From an uncultured SAR86 cluster bacterium (GTDB lineage Bacteria > Pseudomonadota > Gammaproteobacteria > Magnimaribacterales > D2472): a DNA stretch of 64,000 nucleotides. Made by a program: the position numbers and the translations under genes. The notes under the pieces are model-generated. The model was not told the DNA's origin. It made no database searches and was given only the letters and a program-made list of their open reading frames with translations. Shown piece by piece: positions 59,374-64,000 of the stretch (position 1 is the stretch's first letter; every line of letters begins with the position of its first letter). The stretch lies in NCBI GenBank assembly GCA_902541245.1, contig CACBPT010000001.1, positions 131,993-195,992 on the forward strand, read 5' to 3'.

Positions 59374-60055
59374 TTATTTTAGTAATTTTAATAATTTTTG
59401 ATTTTGGGATTTGATATTTAACAATTATTTCAGCTTGAGCACATGTTGTCTCATTTATATTCTGATTTGTTCTTTTTAATGTTCTACCACCTTGAATGAT
59501 AACTTCATCAGAAAACATTGATTGAAATGCGCCAACATTTTCTAATTCATCATGGCAATTTTTAAATTTGTTATTTGCAGCATTGGTATCAAAGAAATAG
59601 CAATTTGCTTTACAGAGTAAATATGGATCAAGCTCAATTTCTATCCATTCTCTTTCCTGTCTCGTATGATATGCATTTAATAAATAATCATTTCTATTAG
59701 TTACTGAAATTGATATTCCGTGCGTAATTCCATCCAAGCGTTTATCGTCACAGTTATAGTAATGCATATTCTTTTTTTTCAATGTATCGACTGAGATCAA
59801 ACCATTCTTCATTATTGATTTAATATTTCTTTCATCTGTAAAGTGGATTAATTTTTTTATATTTCTAGATTTTAAAAATTTCTCTCTTTCGATTCCTCTT
59901 ATTATTAACTTTATGGATACAGATGTTCTCCCATACTGATCTGCTAATTTATCTAAAATTTTTGGATCATCCTTATGTTTAAACGCTTTTTCATAGACCT
60001 CAATCATTGCTTCTTTAGACCAAGGTTTTCCGTGATTAATAGGTAAGGTATCCAA
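59363..60055 (-). CDS. DarT-like (DUF4433) DNA ADP-ribosyltransferase with N-terminal Myb/SANT-like domain
   Basis: C-terminal about 160 aa: LIHFTDERNIKSIMKNGLIS, CDDKRLDG, YFFDTNAANN, AQAEIIVKYQIPKSKIIKI. These parallel the DarT landmarks (h-H-h-T-H..NL.sIL..G.L; F-T-D..A; catalytic AE-h-LV). N-terminal GKPWSKEAMIEVYEKAF...LADQYGRTSVSI looks Myb/SANT-like. TTG start 1 nt after the upstream stop. Confidence 0.6.
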   Translation of the reverse strand: MDTLPINHGKPWSKEAMIEVYEKAFKHKDDPKILDKLADQYGRTSVSIKLIIRGIEREKFLKSRNIKKLIHFTDERNIKSIMKNGLISVDTLKKKNMHYYNCDDKRLDGITHGISISVTNRNDYLLNAYHTRQEREWIEIELDPYLLCKANCYFFDTNAANNKFKNCHDELENVGAFQSMFSDEVIIQGGRTLKRTNQNINETTCAQAEIIVKYQIPKSKIIKITKINVS

Positions 60056-60056
60056 T

Positions 60057-60872
60057 TTATATGTTGTGATCCTTCATTTGATCGAATAACAGAGCATACT
60101 CACATTGTTTATCTCCCTTAGGGCCAAATCCAGTTTCTGCATGATTTGGACATTCAGGGCTATCTAGGCAGGCTTTTACATCAAGAATTACTTGCTCTAC
60201 CCAATCTGAATTGCCTTCATATTCTATGAGCTGCACATCGAACATCATTTTTGCAGTATCACTATCTTGATCCAACATGCCATCTTGAAAGTGCTGATCA
60301 CCATTAACATACACAAAATATCCAATATTGCTAACATTAAAACCTTGTTGCCTAAGTATCCATTGATATATGTCCATCTGATTTTTATATGCTTCTTTGT
60401 AAGCACCAATCAATGAGATTGGATTGAGGGCTGTGCCCTCTTCATTCCTTCTGCCAGCAGTGCTTTTATAATCAACTATGTGAATTTCATCGGTATCTGT
60501 GTCATGCCATACATCATCCAAACCGCCGCCAATAATAAAATCAGCAGGCTCATAGTTTGCTCTTAGCCCTAATTGCAATGATTTTGTCCATTGCTCAAAA
60601 TCATCATGTTTAAACGGCACCAAATGACCTAATCCATGGCGTTCCATGAAAGGATGGGGTTGTTGTAGGTCACGATATAAATCAAAATCTTTTTTTAGCA
60701 GCGTATCTGTTGCAGTATTAAGTAAAAAGCCTGGCATACCTGGAAATTTAATGCCTTTAACTCGATTCATCCAAAAACAAGCTGGGCAATTAAGAAAGGA
60801 TTGAATTTGCGACCTACTTAACTCATAGGGCTCAGGATGATCGGGTTTGTAGGTGCCTCTATGTCTCGGCAT
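60057..60872 (-). CDS. Cas4/RecB-like PD-(D/E)xK nuclease with putative Fe-S cysteines
   Basis: LSRSQIQSFLNCPACFW (N-terminal Cys), GGLDDVW...IHIVDYKS (D...D-x-K core), QMDIYQWIL (QxxxY), and C-terminal cysteines in KACLDSPECPNHAE...KQCEY. Confidence 0.7.
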   Translation of the reverse strand: MPRHRGTYKPDHPEPYELSRSQIQSFLNCPACFWMNRVKGIKFPGMPGFLLNTATDTLLKKDFDLYRDLQQPHPFMERHGLGHLVPFKHDDFEQWTKSLQLGLRANYEPADFIIGGGLDDVWHDTDTDEIHIVDYKSTAGRRNEEGTALNPISLIGAYKEAYKNQMDIYQWILRQQGFNVSNIGYFVYVNGDQHFQDGMLDQDSDTAKMMFDVQLIEYEGNSDWVEQVILDVKACLDSPECPNHAETGFGPKGDKQCEYALLFDQMKDHNI

Positions 60873-60873
60873 T

Positions 60874-62229
60874 TTAGTTTAACGGAGCTCTTTTATTTAT
60901 AAGCTCCTTGATAGGTTCCCAATATATCTCAAGCTGTTCATCCATATATTTTTTTGCTAGTTCTTTTTTTTCTTCAAGATTGGGTTGATCTAAAAGCTTG
61001 CCTGTAATTTGAGAAGACAAATAATAATGTTGAAATATCTCATCATTTTTAAAATCATCCTTTGTATTAATTTTAAAATACACTAACTGCTTAGATAAAG
61101 GTTGCATCAAAATATTATGCCAATTTTGAAAATCAGCATATTTCTTTTTCATTTCAGATTTAATTTTTATCCTTAATTCCATTAAGTTGTCTAATACTTC
61201 TGCATTTGTAAGGTAGGCAATCTCATGCTCAGAATCTTTGGAGGAAGATTCAATTTCACCATTATTTATCTCTATTTCTTCACTAAATTCAGATTGAAAT
61301 AACTCTTCATTGAAATTATCAATATCACCCATGCCGGGCTCAGATCGAAATCTCATTTCCTCAACTAATTGAGAATTACTTATCTTAGAAAATTGAGGGT
61401 GATTGCTTATATTAGAGATTTGAACGCTAAGAACATCTATTCTATCCTCAATTTTATTAAAATTAGAATTCAACTGATCAACTTTTTCAATTATTTCTAG
61501 CGTATCGTAGGATATTCCAGATAATTGAAGATCAACATCATCGGGGATAGAACTCTCTTGAATTTGTTGATTGTGGGAATTTTCCGCTTGTAAATAAGCT
61601 TTAATTTCGTCATCAATATTTTGATTTGGTCCGACTCCTAAAATTTCTAAAATAGATTCAAGAAATTTAGAATTAATAAATTCTGCATAATCATCAAAAC
61701 CATTTATTTTTTCTTGAAGATGATCTGGATAAATTTTTAAAATGAGTGCTATATTAGACTGAAGTACGAGAGCTTCTGACGCATTCTTAAAGCCATCATT
61801 GTGAGCCCAATAATTTCTCCATCTAACAATTTCTTCAGCAATGGCTCCATACGTAGAGTATTGAGAAATTGAATAAGGTTTTTTTTCAAAAGCTTGAATA
61901 AGTGATTTTTTAATTTGCGGATTATTTTTTAACTTAGGAGAAGATAATAATTCTGAAATATTCCCAAGTGAGAATCGAAAATTAAAGTTATTCTTTAATC
62001 TACCGATGGAATCCATACCAAAATGATTATAGTTAAATCTTAAAAGCGTTGAATTAAGATCCAATTGCTCTGGGAAGCCCTTCAACTCATCTATAGCGGC
62101 TTCATTACTTACGTCTACTCCATTTTTAATTTGTTGATATATATCAAGGAATAAAGTGGCAAATATATCTTTTATAGCTGGGCCCTTATCAGTAAAAACC
62201 ATGCTAGCAATTGTTTTATATTCAGCCAT
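60874..62229 (-). CDS. HEPN-like domain protein with acidic/coiled-coil linker and helical C-terminal domain
   Basis: The track ORF begins at TTG 62280. The ATG at about 62229 (MAEYKTIAS...) avoids overlap with the divergent helicase gene. R-x4-H motif in AEEIVRWRNYWAHNDGF (RN..AH, typical of HEPN). Middle region is rich in E/D/S/N/I. The C-terminal about 110 aa are vaguely HRDC-like. The HEPN call is inference. Confidence 0.45.
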   Translation of the reverse strand: MAEYKTIASMVFTDKGPAIKDIFATLFLDIYQQIKNGVDVSNEAAIDELKGFPEQLDLNSTLLRFNYNHFGMDSIGRLKNNFNFRFSLGNISELLSSPKLKNNPQIKKSLIQAFEKKPYSISQYSTYGAIAEEIVRWRNYWAHNDGFKNASEALVLQSNIALILKIYPDHLQEKINGFDDYAEFINSKFLESILEILGVGPNQNIDDEIKAYLQAENSHNQQIQESSIPDDVDLQLSGISYDTLEIIEKVDQLNSNFNKIEDRIDVLSVQISNISNHPQFSKISNSQLVEEMRFRSEPGMGDIDNFNEELFQSEFSEEIEINNGEIESSSKDSEHEIAYLTNAEVLDNLMELRIKIKSEMKKKYADFQNWHNILMQPLSKQLVYFKINTKDDFKNDEIFQHYYLSSQITGKLLDQPNLEEKKELAKKYMDEQLEIYWEPIKELINKRAPLN

Positions 62230-62266
62230 CAAGTTAATGTAATATATATGTGTATTAAAATAAATC

Positions 62267-63433
62267 ATGAAACTACGCAAATGGCAAAAAAATGCATTTC
62301 CAATCTGGTGGAAGAATAAATCTGGGATTCTAAAAGTAGTTACCGGTGGTGGAAAAACTTTCTTTGCTCTATATTGTATAAAAAAATATCTTGAGGCATA
62401 TCCAAAAAAAAATATTCTTATTGTTGTTCCTTCTATACCCCTTCTAGATCAATGGAGCATAGAAATAAAAAATTATTTTGATCATTCAGTAACTCTTAAT
62501 GGCGGAGGTTTTAAATTAGATAAATTAGAAAAAATAGCAATTACCACCTTTGGATCATTAAAAAATATTTTTAATAAAATTAATACCGCTAATACATTAT
62601 TAATTGTTGATGAATGTCATAAACTTGGTACCCCTTCAAAAGGTGAGATGTTATTTTCAAAATGGGATGCAACTATGGGCTTATCAGCAACTCCAGAGAG
62701 AGAGTTTGATGACTTTTTTAGGGAAATCATCTCACCGATACTAGGAGAAATAATTTTTAACTATGACTATAAAAGAGCATATTCAGATAATGTAATTAGT
62801 AAATTTCATCTATTAAATGCATACGCGCCATTAGATGACGAAGAGTCAGATGAGCGCGATGAAGTATCTTATAAAATTGCTAAGCGAATTGCTTATTTAG
62901 GGGGCATGGAAAAAGATGACAAAGTATTAAAAATACTATTTTTCCAGCGAGCCAGAATAGTGAATGAGGCGCGCAATAGAGTGCCGGCTGCAATAAAATT
63001 GATGTCCGGATATAACAATAAGAAATGGTTAGTGTTTTGTGAGACCAAAAACCAAGCCAGTCTAATGTGCAGCCTCTTAAATGAATCTGGTTATAGGGCA
63101 GAATTGTATAACACTGATATAAGCTATAAGAAAAGGCATACAAATATGCACTTATTTAGAAATGATATGTTGGATGTTCTTGTAACATGCAAAGCTTTAG
63201 ATGAAGGGTTTGATCTGCCAAATATAGATGCGGTGTTGATCGTAAGCTCGTCCACCACTTCAAGGCAGAGAATTCAAAGAATGGGAAGAGCTCTCAGAAA
63301 AACAAGTAAAGATAAGGATGCTGTAATAATTACAATATATTCAACCTCATCAGAATACGATAGACTTTTAAAAGAATCCTTGGACTTTGAAACAAAACAA
63401 ATTAAAACGAAATGGGTAGAACTTAAAATTTAG
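62267..63433 (+). CDS. minimal SF2 helicase (ResIII/XPB-Rad25-like, COG1061-type)
   Basis: Motif I VVTGGGKTFFAL, II IVDECHKLG, III MGLSATPERE, VI SRQRIQRMGRALR. LRKWQKNAF Q-like motif at the N-terminus. 388 aa with no accessory domains. Confidence 0.85.
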   Translation: MKLRKWQKNAFPIWWKNKSGILKVVTGGGKTFFALYCIKKYLEAYPKKNILIVVPSIPLLDQWSIEIKNYFDHSVTLNGGGFKLDKLEKIAITTFGSLKNIFNKINTANTLLIVDECHKLGTPSKGEMLFSKWDATMGLSATPEREFDDFFREIISPILGEIIFNYDYKRAYSDNVISKFHLLNAYAPLDDEESDERDEVSYKIAKRIAYLGGMEKDDKVLKILFFQRARIVNEARNRVPAAIKLMSGYNNKKWLVFCETKNQASLMCSLLNESGYRAELYNTDISYKKRHTNMHLFRNDMLDVLVTCKALDEGFDLPNIDAVLIVSSSTTSRQRIQRMGRALRKTSKDKDAVIITIYSTSSEYDRLLKESLDFETKQIKTKWVELKI

Positions 63434-63437
63434 ATAG

Positions 63438-64000
63438 ATGAAAAGCTTTATTCTTCATGATTCTCATCGATTTCACCATCGAGATAAAATGTATCATGGA
63501 AATGAGTTGGGTTTTCAAAAACAATGTAAGGCTATACTTCCTGAGATTCTTACAACACAAGATTTAGATATAGAAGTCTTTTATACTGAAGCTCTTTTAT
63601 TTTCTGACTTTGGAGATTGTAAACCTGATTTGCTTGCAATTTCAAAAGACTATTCTTATTTTGCATTTATCGAAGTTGAGACTTCAAATCATGATCTAGA
63701 GTCAGATGTCTTGGATCAAATGACTAAAATGACCACTGCAGACCATACACTTAGCAAACGTTCCTTATTCGAAAATCTTTGCAAAAATAATTCAAGCTTT
63801 AAAAAGAGTAAAGAAAAATTCTATAATATGCTTGAAAATCAAGATCCAAATTATTTGCTAATATCAGACAAATATCTTCCAACTTGGCAATCTGAATTAG
63901 CTAGACTAAATACTAAGTTTATAGCTATAAGTTTATATAAAGATAAATTTAATAACAGCAGCTATCATTTTACAATGGGGCCAGCATTACATTCAAAAAA
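63438..64000 (+). CDS. hypothetical protein, possibly nuclease-fold (PD-(D/E)xK-like); 3' end runs off the window
   Basis: Not in the track (open-ended). ATG at 63438 lies 4 nt after the helicase stop, and the frame is stop-free to 64000. CKPDLLAISKDYSYFAFIEVETS resembles a PD...E-x-K core, but the Lys position is Glu/Thr. Confidence 0.4.
   Translation, partial: MKSFILHDSHRFHHRDKMYHGNELGFQKQCKAILPEILTTQDLDIEVFYTEALLFSDFGDCKPDLLAISKDYSYFAFIEVETSNHDLESDVLDQMTKMTTADHTLSKRSLFENLCKNNSSFKKSKEKFYNMLENQDPNYLLISDKYLPTWQSELARLNTKFIAISLYKDKFNNSSYHFTMGPALHSK

Noticed and set aside
62230-62266. Palindromic operator in the 37-bp divergent region (ttaatgtaatatatatgtgtattaa)
   Set aside because: Only the terminal TTAAT/ATTAA arms are complementary. 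The interior is not a true inverted repeat and cannot be told apart from AT-rich background.
62221-62280. Apparent 1-nt discrepancy between my manual base count in this line and the ORF-track coordinates (62267 and 62280)
   Set aside because: Track coordinates agree with my counts at 60874 and 63433 and give lengths divisible by three. I assume a counting slip on my side and used the track coordinates.
1-64000. CRISPR arrays, rRNA genes, IS elements/transposases, prophage structural genes
   Set aside because: Reading through the intergenic regions and ORF translations, I noticed no regularly spaced direct repeats, no rRNA-like sequence, and no transposase, integrase or capsid/terminase motifs.

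Overview
This is an AT-rich, densely coding bacterial chromosomal segment. The gene content (nhaB, rnt, mlaA, dusA, an E. coli-like tRNA-Arg) suggests a low-GC marine gammaproteobacterium; that taxon assignment is inference only. From about 1 to 49.9 kb the window looks like core genome. It holds housekeeping genes: partial nudC, nhaB, dusA, mlaA, an apbC-like gene, metG, a ferredoxin-NADP reductase, a Leu/Phe-type amino-acid dehydrogenase, rnt, a bacterioferritin-like gene, grxD and pdxJ. It also holds a co-oriented coenzyme F420 biosynthesis operon (fno-cofE-cofD-cofC-fbiC, followed by DUF1295 and M20 genes). That operon sits inside a large set of sterol/lipid-type catabolic genes: KstD-like flavoprotein, KshA-like Rieske oxygenase, an untracked rubredoxin, SDRs, SnoaL-like proteins, ALDH, APH-like kinase, sulfotransferase, EthA-like BVMO and a P450. 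The core part further contains a two-component/c-di-GMP signalling cluster, tRNA-Arg(ACG), and M28/M16 peptidases. From about 50 kb to the window end the character changes to an accessory, defence-island-like region made mostly of hypothetical genes. It contains a 4-gene operon with an OGFr-N-like protein. It contains an R-M-like operon: a DUF3883/PD-(D/E)xK nuclease plus two cytosine-5 DNA methyltransferases. It contains an ECF sigma/anti-sigma operon. The most interesting element is a translationally coupled four-gene operon at 58.7-62.3 kb. It encodes a HEPN-like protein, a Cas4-like nuclease, a Myb/SANT-fused DarT-like ADP-ribosyltransferase and a non-macrodomain partner that may be NADAR-like. 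It is transcribed divergently from a minimal XPB-like SF2 helicase plus a nuclease-like ORF that runs off the window. No CRISPR array, rRNA, integrase or transposase was seen. All family assignments come from reading motifs in the supplied translations and from memory of family signatures. No database search was run.
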